DNA from: an uncultured virus (IMG/VR IMGVR_UViG_3300038423_000132)
Taxonomy: Duplodnaviria; Heunggongvirae; Uroviricota; Caudoviricetes
Strand: one strand, 5' to 3'
DNA: 64,000 nucleotides
Virus record (IMG/VR): IMGVR_UViG_3300038423_000132
This document shows positions 1 through 9,541 of the stretch, in pieces. Positions within the stretch are counted from its first letter, which is position 1, and each line of letters starts with the position of its first letter. The translations under genes and the position numbers were made by a program. Under the pieces are notes generated by a model. The model worked only from the letters and a program-made list of their open reading frames with translations, had not been told where the DNA came from and searched no databases.

Positions 1-152
1 TTTGTGACTGCATAGAAAATCATCGTCCCGGGCCGTCGATGAGCGCGCCATTTGTAGCACGAAAGCCACTCGTAGTCGGCCGCGTCCACGATCGTAACTT
101 GCCCCTGCGTCAACGGGATTTCGCGGTATGATGTTTCTGGTGGGGTTGTCAT
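1..152 (-). CDS. HNH/AP2-type homing endonuclease, 5' part (runs off window)
   Basis: Manual translation MTTPPETSYREIPLTQGQVTIVDAADYEWLSCYKW; resembles the N-terminus of 22724..23272 (RIPLTRDQYAIVDA..F.W); GGAGG upstream. Confidence 0.7.
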   Translation of the reverse strand, partial: MTTPPETSYREIPLTQGQVTIVDAADYEWLSCYKWRAHRRPGTMIFYAVT

Positions 153-214
153 CGGACTCATCCTCCGGTTGGCTGAAGTAGCGCCGGGCGTTCGTTGCGC
201 TCGACAGCCCCATA

Positions 215-1582
215 TTACCACAGCGACGCCTTCAATTCTTCATCACGAAAGAGCGTTTGTTCGCAAATGTATTCGCAATGCGCAACCCCAATTGGCCCTT
301 CACGCTGTTTGCTGACAATAATTTCGGCTTTCCTTTTTTCTTTGTCATCTGCGTTTGGGTTGTAATACCCGGGCCGATGAGGAAAGAGGATCACGTCTGC
401 GTCTTCTTCCACGCTTCCGCTTTCGCGTAGGTCACTGAGTCTCGGTCTTTTGTCGTCGCGCTTCTCGTTTTCACGATTCAACTGGTGAAGCAGCAGAACT
501 GGCACGTCAAGTCCGGTAGCCAAGTCTCCCAGCGCGCGGGTGATGAAGCCGGTCTCCACTCGCCTCTGGAAATACTTCTCTGCGCCGGCAGGCGGCATGA
601 TGTGGTTGAGCTGGTCAATGACGACTAGGTCGAGGTGTCCGGTTTGCGCCTTGAGCCGTGCGGCCTTGGATTGTATCTTGCGCGGCGTTAGACCTCTCTG
701 TGCGTCGATGTAAAGCGGGGCGCCGACAATCTCATTCATTGCCTGCATGGCGTAACGCCGGCTGCTCTCCGTCCATTTCCCTTCGCGGATTTCGTTGAGA
801 CTCACCGTGCTCCGCATGGACACGAGCCTTTGGAGCAACGCTTCCTTGCGCATCTCCAGGGAGAAGAAGGCGACTGTGCGGTCCAGGTCTATCGCGGCGT
901 GTTGTGCGATCGACAGACCGATGCTGGTTTTTCCCATGCCGGGTCGCGCGGCAATAACGATCACCTGTTTCCGCTGGAACCCGCAGGTCAGCGCATCCAA
1001 CTCTCTGAGCCCGGACGGCAGCCCCAAGCTACGCGCGCTGTGCCGGAATACATCGTCAACTGACGGGTAGGCTGATTGAACGAAATCACCAAACGTCTGG
1101 AGCGGAGAGACGATGCCCTGCTCTGAAATCTGCTGCAGTTGTGACTCCGCCTCTTCGATGACTCCGATTGCATCCTCAGATTGATCCGCTGCCTTGGCAA
1201 TGGCCGCCGAACAGATTCCCATGAGTCTACGGAGTTGGGCTTTATCCTTGACTATGCGGATGTAGTCCTCGATCACCGGCCGCCTGGGCAAACCCTCGGT
1301 GAGCGAGGCCAAGTAGGCAACGCCGCCAACACGCTCAACCTCTTTGTGTTTTCCCAGTTCATGCGACAGCGTAACGATGTCGATCGTGCGGTGAGCTTCA
1401 GCGAGATCGGTCATGCGAAGGAAGATGCGACGATGCGAATCGAGCGAGAAGTCGTCGGTTTTGAGGGATTCGATGGCCTCGGCATGGGCGGCGTTGTCCA
1501 GCAGAATCGCGCCCAGAATGGTCCTCTCGGCGTCAACGTTCGCAGGCAGCCCAGATTCGAGAGTGAGATCGGGAACGCTCAT
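215..1582 (-). CDS. dnaB: Replicative DNA helicase DnaB
   Basis: AARPGMGKT Walker A, FFSLEM, QLNRENEKR.DKRP.LSDLRESGSVEEDAD, KQREGP. Confidence 0.97.
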   Translation of the reverse strand: MSVPDLTLESGLPANVDAERTILGAILLDNAAHAEAIESLKTDDFSLDSHRRIFLRMTDLAEAHRTIDIVTLSHELGKHKEVERVGGVAYLASLTEGLPRRPVIEDYIRIVKDKAQLRRLMGICSAAIAKAADQSEDAIGVIEEAESQLQQISEQGIVSPLQTFGDFVQSAYPSVDDVFRHSARSLGLPSGLRELDALTCGFQRKQVIVIAARPGMGKTSIGLSIAQHAAIDLDRTVAFFSLEMRKEALLQRLVSMRSTVSLNEIREGKWTESSRRYAMQAMNEIVGAPLYIDAQRGLTPRKIQSKAARLKAQTGHLDLVVIDQLNHIMPPAGAEKYFQRRVETGFITRALGDLATGLDVPVLLLHQLNRENEKRDDKRPRLSDLRESGSVEEDADVILFPHRPGYYNPNADDKEKRKAEIIVSKQREGPIGVAHCEYICEQTLFRDEELKASLW

Positions 1583-2106
1583 CAGAATGGTCGCTCCTCT
1601 TCTGTCAGCTTCGGCTTGATCTTGCCATCCAGCTTGGCCGCCAGCATCTGTGCCCGCCTGGCGCCCGCTGCCAACGCGTTCGCCTTCTCCAGCCGCGAGA
1701 GCACGTCCTGCCGCGCCAGCGGGTGAACGGTGTCGAGGTACGCGAGCAGCCCCATGTACTCATCCACAGTGAGCGATCCCTTGCGGTCGTTGCACTGCTT
1801 GCAAGGATAGTCCAGATTGCCAAGCTCTGCCGATCCGCCGCGGCTCAGGGGTGTGGCATGGTCGACGGCTGTCTCCTGAAGAGTAAACCAGCGGTGACAG
1901 TACCGGCATTGCAATGCCCCATCCTCGTTGCCGCCCATCGCGCGAGTCACATCGGCCCGGAATTGTTCCAGATCAAACGGCGGCGGCGGAAACTTCTTCT
2001 TCTCCATCCTGGCGCACATATTCTGGTAGCGGCTCCGCGTAGCGTCGACGAACGACGTGCGCGCTATCTTCGGGAACAGGATGCCGCCTTGGACGCAGGG
2101 CTTCAC
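1582..2106 (-). CDS. HNH endonuclease
   Basis: CRYC...VDHATPLSRGG...NL..PCKQCNDRKG; GTG start after GAAGGAG. Confidence 0.85.
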   Translation of the reverse strand: MKPCVQGGILFPKIARTSFVDATRSRYQNMCARMEKKKFPPPPFDLEQFRADVTRAMGGNEDGALQCRYCHRWFTLQETAVDHATPLSRGGSAELGNLDYPCKQCNDRKGSLTVDEYMGLLAYLDTVHPLARQDVLSRLEKANALAAGARRAQMLAAKLDGKIKPKLTEEERPF

Positions 2107-2107
2107 G

Positions 2108-2485
2108 TTACTCCTTCCAGTACAGCTTTTCCGGCTCCTTCCAAAAGATGAGCTGTCCATTAATGGGCAGCCGATCTTCGAAGAAGGTCATCATTTCCGC
2201 GAAGGAAGAAAAGCCATCGTTTCGCGCAAGCACTTCGCATTGCTCGGCGAACACTATTGATCCGGCGATCTTGACGGACCAGCGCGAGATCGTCATCAGT
2301 TCGACTCTCACGCACGGCTGCGCATTGGGCAAGATGCGGAAACAGTTCTTAGTACGCAGCCCGCAGTAGAGGTATAGCAGATCTCCGCGCTTGACGGGAT
2401 GCTTCCGTTCGGCACGGAAGGTGTGAATCTTTGTGCCGAGTTGGATCGGCTCAACGTAACGTTTCTTGAATCCCAACAGGGGCAT
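2108..2485 (-). CDS. ASCH/PUA-like domain protein
   Basis: F....V..I..GTK..T.R....K.GD.LYLY.G.R and ARNDGF patterns. Confidence 0.6.
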   Translation of the reverse strand: MPLLGFKKRYVEPIQLGTKIHTFRAERKHPVKRGDLLYLYCGLRTKNCFRILPNAQPCVRVELMTISRWSVKIAGSIVFAEQCEVLARNDGFSSFAEMMTFFEDRLPINGQLIFWKEPEKLYWKE

Positions 2486-2487
2486 CG

Positions 2488-2718
2488 CTAAAGCTCTTTC
2501 TGGAAAATCTCGGTGTAGGTCGTAAGGAACTTCACGCCGTGTCTACGCTTTGGCAGAATCAATTCATCGTAGTAACAAATGAACGTGCCATCCGGTGCGT
2601 TCCTCGGATCGCGTAGCGCATCGAGGGGGACCTCCTGAAGCCGAATCAGTGTTCGATCTTCCTTGTGACGCTCCTCGACTCGGAGAATCTGATGACGGTG
2701 CAGCTTCTTTCTTGGCAT
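2488..2718 (-). CDS. Hypothetical protein
   Basis: ORF with AGGAG RBS, packed in the operon. Confidence 0.55.
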   Translation of the reverse strand: MPRKKLHRHQILRVEERHKEDRTLIRLQEVPLDALRDPRNAPDGTFICYYDELILPKRRHGVKFLTTYTEIFQKEL

Positions 2719-2860
2719 GGCTCACTCCTTCGTGTTGTGCGCGGGCTTCTCATTCACGGATCGGGTACTCTTCCTCACCGCTGATCTTGCAGCCTTATCG
2801 AAGGGCCGATCTGCGTGTAACCCGCCGCCCGCGCACCCCACATCCCCGTTGCCGGGGAAC

Positions 2861-4780
2861 TCAATCATTCGCCGACGTACTCGCCAGCACTTCCACGTTG
2901 GTTGTCGAGATCCCATCCTCCATGACCTCGGTAAATTCGATGAACGCCGTCCCCGGAACTTCCGGCACGGCGCCGGCCCTGTGACTTTCCGCAGCCAGCA
3001 AGATTGCCGTGTCCAGTGTCGAGTCGAGCAGCATCCGATTCAGCTTGCGCCGGTCCTCTCCCACGATAGTTTCTGAATCGTCGAGCACCACGAAGTTCCA
3101 GCCGCTGACAATCGCAAGGGCAACAGAGAACGCATTGGCGAAGCGTAGCTTCTCGCTCCGGCTCAGCATGTGCAACTGGCAGGCGTACTGGCTGCCCGTT
3201 CTCCGCACGCTGAAACTCCAAGGCTCAATCGACAGCGAGAACTCGTAGCCCCACTTCGATAGCACGGCGTTGATCTTCTCTTCGAACCCACCGATGTGTT
3301 TGGCGATCAACTCAGCCTTGACTCCCTTGGGGCCGAAGTAGGCGACCAGGCGTTCCAGCCGATCCAACTCCGCGTCGAGAGCAGCCTTGACCTTCAGCGC
3401 CTTCGCGGCATCTTCTTTGAGGGCCTCCGCGCGCGCGGCCTGCTCGAGAAATCCTGTGCCCTTCTGAATACGGGCGTCGATGTCCGCGATCTTCTCGTCG
3501 AGCGAGTCCGGCTTCGGCAGCTCGTCAGGATTGATTGCGTGGGCGTCTTCGTTGGCGCTCGCCGCGGTACGTTCGAGATCCTTGATGCGCTTGTCGATGC
3601 GCTCCACATCCTCAGCGACCGCGTTGTGGGCGTCCAGCTTCTGCTGTGCGCCGGTGGGATCGCCCAGGGCCTTCCGCTTGTCGTAGTCGGCCTTCTGCTC
3701 ACCCTCCATCGTGTCGATGCGCTCGATCAGCGGAGCGCCAAACTTCTCAATGAATTCTTCGGTGATGGGCTGGCAGCACGTCGGGCACTGGCCCTTGTCC
3801 CCAAGTGCGCTCAGGGCTCGGTACTGCTTCTTCTCGGCCTCAAGCCGTATGGCACGGTTTGAGATTGCCGCGTCCAATTCAGCCGCTTTCTTCGCCCCGG
3901 CCGCTTCCTTCTCGTACTCTTTGACCTTGGCCTTCGGCAGCAGGGCTTCGGAGACCCTGGCGCGCTCGGCCTGCTCGGTCACGATCTTGGCTCGCGCCTC
4001 GGCCGCCCGCCGCTCGTGGTTCGCCTTGGCGTCCCTGGCGCGCTGAATCTCGCCAGCGAGCCTTTGCTGCTCGACGGCCAGCGCGGTGCGCTCCTTCTGC
4101 CTGGTGGCGAGCAACTGCCGCACGTCATCGATCGGCGGTCCCTCGTACTTCCCGCTTTCCGCCGGAGGGCGCCAGTCTTTGATTGACCTGTTCACGTCGC
4201 GGCGCATGTCGAAGGCCAGCTTGTAGCAGTGCTCGATGATGACGAATGGCGTCTCCTTCCACGGCGCGCCGATGCGCTGCTCGTGGAGATCGTTCTTGAT
4301 GTTCTCGGGCCAATCGTAGCTGTCGGGAAGAATGATCGACGCCATCAGCGTCTTCTGGTCCTTGGGGTCCATGCCCACAAAGGCGTGGTTGTCGCAGAGG
4401 CAGCCCAGCACGTCTCTGTCGATGCGCAGGTCCTCTTGGAGTGGATTTGGATCCCACGTTTTGTCTGCAGGATTGCGCAGCCCAATCGTGAGCCCGGATC
4501 GGTCGGTCAACGATGCCCTCAGTTCGAGCGGTACGCCGTCGAGGTTGATCCCCAGCTCGACCGATGCCTGCTTCTCTCCGAAGCGCAGCAGATCGGTTTG
4601 CTGGCGCTCCTTGCCGCCCTCTGTCACTTCGCAGTGGCGGGCGAAGGCCATCTCCAGGCAGTTGCGCAGCGAGCTTTTTCCGCTGTGGTTGACCCCTGAA
4701 ATCGTGGTGATCCGCTCAAAGGACAGATCGGTTTCCTTGTGGCTGCGGACGTTCTTGATTTTCGCGCTGGTGATTCGCAT
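2861..4780 (-). CDS. Rad50/SbcC-like coiled-coil ATPase
   Basis: Walker A GVNHSGKSS, coiled coil with central CPTC zinc hook, LSRSE signature-like motif, VVLDD Walker B. Confidence 0.85.
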   Translation of the reverse strand: MRITSAKIKNVRSHKETDLSFERITTISGVNHSGKSSLRNCLEMAFARHCEVTEGGKERQQTDLLRFGEKQASVELGINLDGVPLELRASLTDRSGLTIGLRNPADKTWDPNPLQEDLRIDRDVLGCLCDNHAFVGMDPKDQKTLMASIILPDSYDWPENIKNDLHEQRIGAPWKETPFVIIEHCYKLAFDMRRDVNRSIKDWRPPAESGKYEGPPIDDVRQLLATRQKERTALAVEQQRLAGEIQRARDAKANHERRAAEARAKIVTEQAERARVSEALLPKAKVKEYEKEAAGAKKAAELDAAISNRAIRLEAEKKQYRALSALGDKGQCPTCCQPITEEFIEKFGAPLIERIDTMEGEQKADYDKRKALGDPTGAQQKLDAHNAVAEDVERIDKRIKDLERTAASANEDAHAINPDELPKPDSLDEKIADIDARIQKGTGFLEQAARAEALKEDAAKALKVKAALDAELDRLERLVAYFGPKGVKAELIAKHIGGFEEKINAVLSKWGYEFSLSIEPWSFSVRRTGSQYACQLHMLSRSEKLRFANAFSVALAIVSGWNFVVLDDSETIVGEDRRKLNRMLLDSTLDTAILLAAESHRAGAVPEVPGTAFIEFTEVMEDGISTTNVEVLASTSAND

Positions 4781-4808
4781 TGCGGTGTTCCTCCGTTCGG
4801 TGGTGCGG

Positions 4809-5297
4809 TCAAAGTTCCTTGAGGCTGAATTCGTCGCCGTTCTTGTTCAGCAGGCTCGCCTTGTTCAATTTGCTGATGGCGTCGTAGACGGTCTGCATCC
4901 TGCTCGTCCCAAGATGGATGCGAATTTGGGTGTTGTTCAACTTGCCGTGAATCATCAGGATGTCGATGATCTTCGCGGCTGCTGAGTTCGGCCCCATCTT
5001 CTGCTTCCACGATTCCCATGCGGCCGAGTTCTTTGGGGCACTGGCCGATGGTCCAGGCTCGCCCTGAATTCCCATCGCATCGATTTGGCCGAAGACCATA
5101 CCGAGGGCGTGATAGAGCGGGGCCAGGATTTTCCGCAGTTCGGCAACACCGCCCTCGATGGTTTTGTTCTTGCGGCGCTCCGTGAGAAGTTCGCCTTCGA
5201 GCCTGTCGCCGCGTTCATCTGCCGAACGAAGGGCTCGCGTTAGTTCGTCGATCCTGCGTTGCTGATCCGGCAACGGGTTAAACACCGACAGGGACAT
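4809..5297 (-). CDS. Coiled-coil protein with probable C-terminal winged helix
   Basis: C-terminal IIDILMIHGKL...TVYDAISKLNKASLL..NGDEFSL. Confidence 0.55.
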   Translation of the reverse strand: MSLSVFNPLPDQQRRIDELTRALRSADERGDRLEGELLTERRKNKTIEGGVAELRKILAPLYHALGMVFGQIDAMGIQGEPGPSASAPKNSAAWESWKQKMGPNSAAAKIIDILMIHGKLNNTQIRIHLGTSRMQTVYDAISKLNKASLLNKNGDEFSLKEL

Positions 5298-5889
5298 TGG
5301 AACCTCCCGTCAACTTCGCCCGGAACGCGCCGAGAGTCTGACTTAGCACTGCTGGCGCGCCGACGCGCTCGAGGCCGCGGATGTAGAAGAACGCCAAGCG
5401 CAGAGCGCAGAGATTCAGCCGCGCCTCGGTGTATTGGTCAATCGCCATCACGTACTCGTGCCGGTGCGCGTGAGTGCCAACGATCCAATTCTTAGCTGCG
5501 TTACGCGACTCAACAAGGCGCTTGTAGAGTTCCACATCGCCGCCGTTCGGGTTGTCGGGGTGGCAGGGCTTTACTTTTGCCCGGAATGCCGAGTCGATTT
5601 CCGCAAGCGTCGGTGCTGGGTTTTCAAGTCCGAGCACCTGCTGCCAGGAGAAGTCCTCTTTCGTGAGCGAAAACCAGACTGAAACGCCGGGGTCGAGACG
5701 CTCATCCTCGTGCCGGGTTACGAGAATCGATGTCGCACCCATCTTCCCGAGTTCGGCACTAAGCATCGTCAGGTACTCCGCCCATCGCTTTTTCCATGCC
5801 GATTGGGGTTTCCGTTCCTTGATGCGCGTGCGCTCGCAGCCATCGGGCCAGCGCAGCGGCCGCTCTTCCTGCACGTCGATCTTTTTCAT
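5278..5889 (-). CDS. Phage J-domain (DnaJ-like) protein
   Basis: WQQVLGL...EIDSAFR...CHPD motif; N-terminal PLRWPDG.ERT. Confidence 0.7.
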   Translation of the reverse strand: MKKIDVQEERPLRWPDGCERTRIKERKPQSAWKKRWAEYLTMLSAELGKMGATSILVTRHEDERLDPGVSVWFSLTKEDFSWQQVLGLENPAPTLAEIDSAFRAKVKPCHPDNPNGGDVELYKRLVESRNAAKNWIVGTHAHRHEYVMAIDQYTEARLNLCALRLAFFYIRGLERVGAPAVLSQTLGAFRAKLTGGSNVPVGV

Positions 5890-6242
5890 CGTTTCCTTTC
5901 TCCCTTGCACGCCATCAGCCACGCGAAGTGGCAACGGCCGCATTCTACATGGATGTGCTCGCTAAAAATCCCGAAGCAGGGCACCTTCAGTTCTAGCGGC
6001 CCCATTTGTCCGGTCTGGACGTTAAGCCCCGGGACCTGGACCGTCGAGTTACAGTCCCCCTTGCAATACACGTAGGACTGCGCCGATTCGCCGCGGGAGG
6101 AACGCCACAGGGCCAGCAGCCAGATCCCGGCGCCGAGAGAGCCGCCACATTTCGGGCAGACCGGGAACCGCACCCACGGCTTGACCTCCGGCAGCCTGAC
6201 GCTGGTCTCTTCGGCAACGGGCGCGTGATGCTCGTGGATCAT
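5886..6242 (-). CDS. Zinc-binding hypothetical protein
   Basis: CPKC and HxxCGRC motifs; overlapping start/stop with neighbours. Confidence 0.55.
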   Translation of the reverse strand: MIHEHHAPVAEETSVRLPEVKPWVRFPVCPKCGGSLGAGIWLLALWRSSRGESAQSYVYCKGDCNSTVQVPGLNVQTGQMGPLELKVPCFGIFSEHIHVECGRCHFAWLMACKGERKR

Positions 6243-6493
6243 GGCGTCGGACCCTTTCTGGGCAGCCGGATCATCAGCGCATTCCCGGTAAAGTCGCGGT
6301 CTCCGAAAGGCGACGATGAACTCGACGGCAAATGCTGCCTGACCCATCCGCCCTGGTAGGCATAAAAGCTCCCCTCGTAGGAGATGTCCGGCATCCGTTC
6401 GCGGATCATGCGCAGGATTGCCTTTTCCCATTCACTCTCAGGTGTTAGGGCAAGCTGCGCGTCGTTCTCGTCAAAGTAAAGAGCTGTCCTCAT
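6239..6493 (-). CDS. Hypothetical protein
   Basis: Start/stop coupled ORF in operon. Confidence 0.55.
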   Translation of the reverse strand: MRTALYFDENDAQLALTPESEWEKAILRMIRERMPDISYEGSFYAYQGGWVRQHLPSSSSSPFGDRDFTGNALMIRLPRKGPTP

Positions 6494-7134
6494 GCCCTAC
6501 CTCTGCTGACTTCCTGCTCGTGGAACGCTGCCAGTTGCTTGGGTCCGCTCTTTGCGGCCGGCGGCATCACTTTCACGCGCTGGCCTGGCGGCGGCTGCGT
6601 CAGCGGTAACGTGTCTCCGTCCTCCTCGCCTTCCTCTTCTTCTTCGGCACCGTCGAAGTCGAGTTCGGTCTGAGAGTAGACGGCTTCCATCCAGAAACTC
6701 TTATGGAGATGAGTCCACGCCCAATCCCGAAGATCGATGCTCGCCGGAATGTAGGCCACGAGATGTAATTCCAGTTCGCGTCTCTCGCCTTCTCCCGAGG
6801 CGACCACGGCCAGCTTCTGCATCCGCACGCCCGTGCTGGTAGCCGAACGGCGCTTGCTTTCGTCGGTGGCGAAGATATCGAGCGTAAAACCTTCGAGCTC
6901 GACGTTCAGGCTACTGCGTTCGATTTTCGAGTCATCCTTCGCCATGACGGTAAAGGCTTCGCTGATCGCGCTGTCCATGCCCTTGAGGTTCTGGTTTAGG
7001 AGCGGCATGTGGATATCGAGCTTGATCCGATCCTCTCCAGCCCGCGTTTTCAGATGAGCCCAGGTGTTGAGGGTCGCCCCCCGGCGGTGCCCATTGAAAA
7101 AGCTCTTCAGCTTCGTTGCTTTTTGTGCTGCCAT
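6490..7134 (-). CDS. Hypothetical protein with acidic C-terminal tract
   Basis: 214-aa ORF with GAGG RBS. Confidence 0.65.
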   Translation of the reverse strand: MAAQKATKLKSFFNGHRRGATLNTWAHLKTRAGEDRIKLDIHMPLLNQNLKGMDSAISEAFTVMAKDDSKIERSSLNVELEGFTLDIFATDESKRRSATSTGVRMQKLAVVASGEGERRELELHLVAYIPASIDLRDWAWTHLHKSFWMEAVYSQTELDFDGAEEEEEGEEDGDTLPLTQPPPGQRVKVMPPAAKSGPKQLAAFHEQEVSRGRA

Positions 7135-7149
7135 GATTCGCCTCGTTTC

Positions 7150-7236
7150 TGTGATCCCCGCCGCCTGGTCGCGGAGTCGAACCGGCCTAAGCGGCGGGGG
7201 TTCATCGGCGGGAACGGAGGTACACCGCCGAACTGG
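7150..7236 (-). ncRNA. Candidate anti-Shine-Dalgarno small RNA (two hairpins)
   Basis: Stem 7205-7211/7225-7231 with minus-strand loop UGUACCUCCGUUC; second GC stem (about 7156-7199) containing GGUUCGACUCC. Confidence 0.55.
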
Positions 7237-7428
7237 TTACTTCTTCGCCTTCGCCCAACGCTTGCGCTGCGCCTCCGCGATGCGCTCACGGCCGGCGGCG
7301 CTCAGCTTGTGCTTCGCCGGTTTAGTTGGCTTGGCCGCAGCCTTCGGCTTCGCGCCGCTCAGCACCTTAAATGCCGCCTGGAGTCGACCGATTTCCTTGT
7401 CAATCGCTTTCAGAATGTCGTCTGTCAT
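7237..7428 (-). CDS. Small basic putative nucleic-acid-binding protein
   Basis: K/A-rich; ends LSAAGRERIAEAQRKRWAKAKK. Confidence 0.75.
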   Translation of the reverse strand: MTDDILKAIDKEIGRLQAAFKVLSGAKPKAAAKPTKPAKHKLSAAGRERIAEAQRKRWAKAKK

Positions 7429-7464
7429 GGTTCCTCGATGCAGCCGCTCCGCTGCCGGTGATGG

Positions 7465-8298
7465 TTAGAAGTAGCTGTCGGCCGGCTTGGCGCTCTGCGT
7501 CCCGGTGCCGGTGGACCGCTGCTCGGTTTGCTCGGGCTCGTGCCGCTCCTCGGCCTGGTCCAACTCGTGCTCCACGGCCGCGGCCTCCTGCGCGGGTTCT
7601 TCCTGCTGCGCCGCTTCCGCTTGTGCTGCAGGCTTTGCCGCGCCCCGCGCGCGCGCGCCCACCAGCTTCTTCACGGCGTCCGTCTTGCTGGTCGCTCCGT
7701 CGATGATGGCTTTGCCCGCGAACTCCGGGTTGCCCTCGATCGTTTTGGCCTCGTCCTCGTCCACAATCCCAGAGATCGAAAACGCGATGCGAGAGCACTG
7801 CACAAATGCTCGGTTGCGCGTCATGCGGATCGGCATGGTGTTCCACGGGATCGTGTCGCGCTTGCATTCGTGGGTGTACTCAGTGACGACGACGGGCAGC
7901 GCGCAGTCCTTGCGGTGGATCTTGCAGGTGACCGCCTGAACTTTGCCTGTCTCCTCGTCAAAGTGCTCCTCGAACTCAATGCCGTTGAGCTGTTTGCGGC
8001 TGTTGACGATTTTGCTCCATCCGTCCACGCTCACCACGATCAGGAGTTTGCCTTTCGAGCGGAACGCATAGATTTCTTTCAGGAATGGGTTGAGGTCGTG
8101 AGCATTGCAGACGATCAACGCCGCGGCCACTTCCTCATTCGAAAGCGGTGGCTCGTCCTTGCCTCCCTTGAAAACAGTTGCGGCGACCAGGCTCATCACC
8201 TTGGTGGGGTCGACATCAAACCGCTCGGCAAAGGTTGCTACTACCCCTTTCCGCGTGGTTGTTGCGAGTGCTGTGGTCTGTTCCTTCGGTTCTGCCAT
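7465..8298 (-). CDS. bet: RecT/Bet-family single-strand annealing recombinase
   Basis: LNPFLKEIY, VSVDGW, W..MP.RM.R.RA..Q..R.AF motifs. Confidence 0.9.
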   Translation of the reverse strand: MAEPKEQTTALATTTRKGVVATFAERFDVDPTKVMSLVAATVFKGGKDEPPLSNEEVAAALIVCNAHDLNPFLKEIYAFRSKGKLLIVVSVDGWSKIVNSRKQLNGIEFEEHFDEETGKVQAVTCKIHRKDCALPVVVTEYTHECKRDTIPWNTMPIRMTRNRAFVQCSRIAFSISGIVDEDEAKTIEGNPEFAGKAIIDGATSKTDAVKKLVGARARGAAKPAAQAEAAQQEEPAQEAAAVEHELDQAEERHEPEQTEQRSTGTGTQSAKPADSYF

Positions 8299-8314
8299 AA
8301 CTCCTCCGTTCGGG

Positions 8315-8551
8315 TTAGTAACGTTTCGGTGTCGTGAGCACGGGCGGGCATTCAACAACGAACCGCCCCATTCCGTCGACACGGATCAACCAAAGCGCAC
8401 CGAGATTGTCGAGCGCCAGTAGGTTGTCTTGAAAGTAGAGAACCTGCACCCAGATCGGGTCAGGATAAGTATAGACGACCTTGGGCACGTGAACGCGCCC
8501 GCGTAGGGTGCGCCACGCCATGACCAGACGTTGCCTGAAAGAAACCGTCAT
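8315..8551 (-). CDS. Hypothetical protein
   Basis: ORF preceded by CCGAACGGAGG. Confidence 0.65.
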   Translation of the reverse strand: MTVSFRQRLVMAWRTLRGRVHVPKVVYTYPDPIWVQVLYFQDNLLALDNLGALWLIRVDGMGRFVVECPPVLTTPKRY

Positions 8552-8569
8552 GGATGTCCTCCGTTCGGA

Positions 8570-8881
8570 TTACTGGTCCTGATTCATGCAGGAGATGCTG
8601 CAAAAGCGCAACGTCTCCCAGTCCAGGCTTTTGAGCCACGGACATTCCAAGGTGATAGCTTCGTTGACCGCTGCCAGCACAGCTTGAACCTTGACATCGT
8701 TAGGAGCGATCAGCTCAAGAATCATCGTCCTGTCATCCATGTTTCGGTGAGTGCCCGAACAAATCCACCCCGCCAGATCACTGTTCTGCTCCCGCAGGAT
8801 AGCCACCGCCCGCCCACAGACGTAATAGGCGCCTGTGAGTATCTTTTGCGTAGACTTGACAGTGACGATGTGAGCTATCAT
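8570..8881 (-). CDS. Hypothetical protein
   Basis: ORF packed in operon. Confidence 0.55.
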   Translation of the reverse strand: MIAHIVTVKSTQKILTGAYYVCGRAVAILREQNSDLAGWICSGTHRNMDDRTMILELIAPNDVKVQAVLAAVNEAITLECPWLKSLDWETLRFCSISCMNQDQ

Positions 8882-8897
8882 TTCTTCCGCCTTCAGC

Positions 8898-9107
8898 TTA
8901 CTGAATCATTGTTGTGGGCATCGTGAGCCCGCTATCTGGCAACGGTGCGCCGACCGCCATGTCTTCGATGTCCTTGTACGGGATGCCTTCGTGGTTACAC
9001 CGTGGACAATCGCGGGGCGGGCCTTCCCAGATCGCGCCGCACCCCCTTCGAACACACACCATGGCCGTCGATTGGTTGAGGATGGTCACTTCTTCCACCA
9101 CGCGCAT
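8898..9107 (-). CDS. Small zinc-ribbon protein
   Basis: CxxxxC...CPRC. Confidence 0.5.
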   Translation of the reverse strand: MRVVEEVTILNQSTAMVCVRRGCGAIWEGPPRDCPRCNHEGIPYKDIEDMAVGAPLPDSGLTMPTTMIQ

Positions 9108-9541
9108 AGAGCATCAAAAAGCGAAGAGATTGGATGCTTGTCTTCGCCCTCAAGGAGACGGAAATTACGGGCAGCTTCTTTTTCGAGCGCGTCAATAGGC
9201 AATCCAACCTTCGCCGCCATCGCGCCACGCCAATAAGCCGGGTCATTTTGGATGCCTCTCGTTGGATCGACATAGAGTTCGGGAGCAGTGCGCAACGGAC
9301 GCCAGGAGAGAAAGGGCGCATTCCCTTTCGCGTCTGACTCCACGCTGGAATGCGTATTCCCGTATCTAAACCAACCGTCGCCGTTCCAGGCGAAGACTCC
9401 GTACCAGGGCGCGACTCCAAAAGTGCAGCGGATTTCAATGGGCGATCCATCGCGCGGAGCGTGCTCCATTGGCATCCAGTCATGCAAGGAAGTCATTTGC
9501 GTGCGCTGGAAATATGCCCCTATCTTGAGTGCTCTTTTCAT
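9086..9541 (-). CDS. Hypothetical protein
   Basis: ATGA overlap with upstream stop; W.PME.APRDG motif. Confidence 0.55.
   Translation of the reverse strand: MKRALKIGAYFQRTQMTSLHDWMPMEHAPRDGSPIEIRCTFGVAPWYGVFAWNGDGWFRYGNTHSSVESDAKGNAPFLSWRPLRTAPELYVDPTRGIQNDPAYWRGAMAAKVGLPIDALEKEAARNFRLLEGEDKHPISSLFDALCAWWKK

Noticed and set aside
153..214. RBS-sequestering structure before the left-edge HNH gene
   Set aside because: Helices of only 4-5 bp; too weak to call without covariation data
7165..7190. tRNA gene suggested by GGTTCGACTCC
   Set aside because: No cloverleaf with D and anticodon arms could be built; kept only as part of the small RNA candidate
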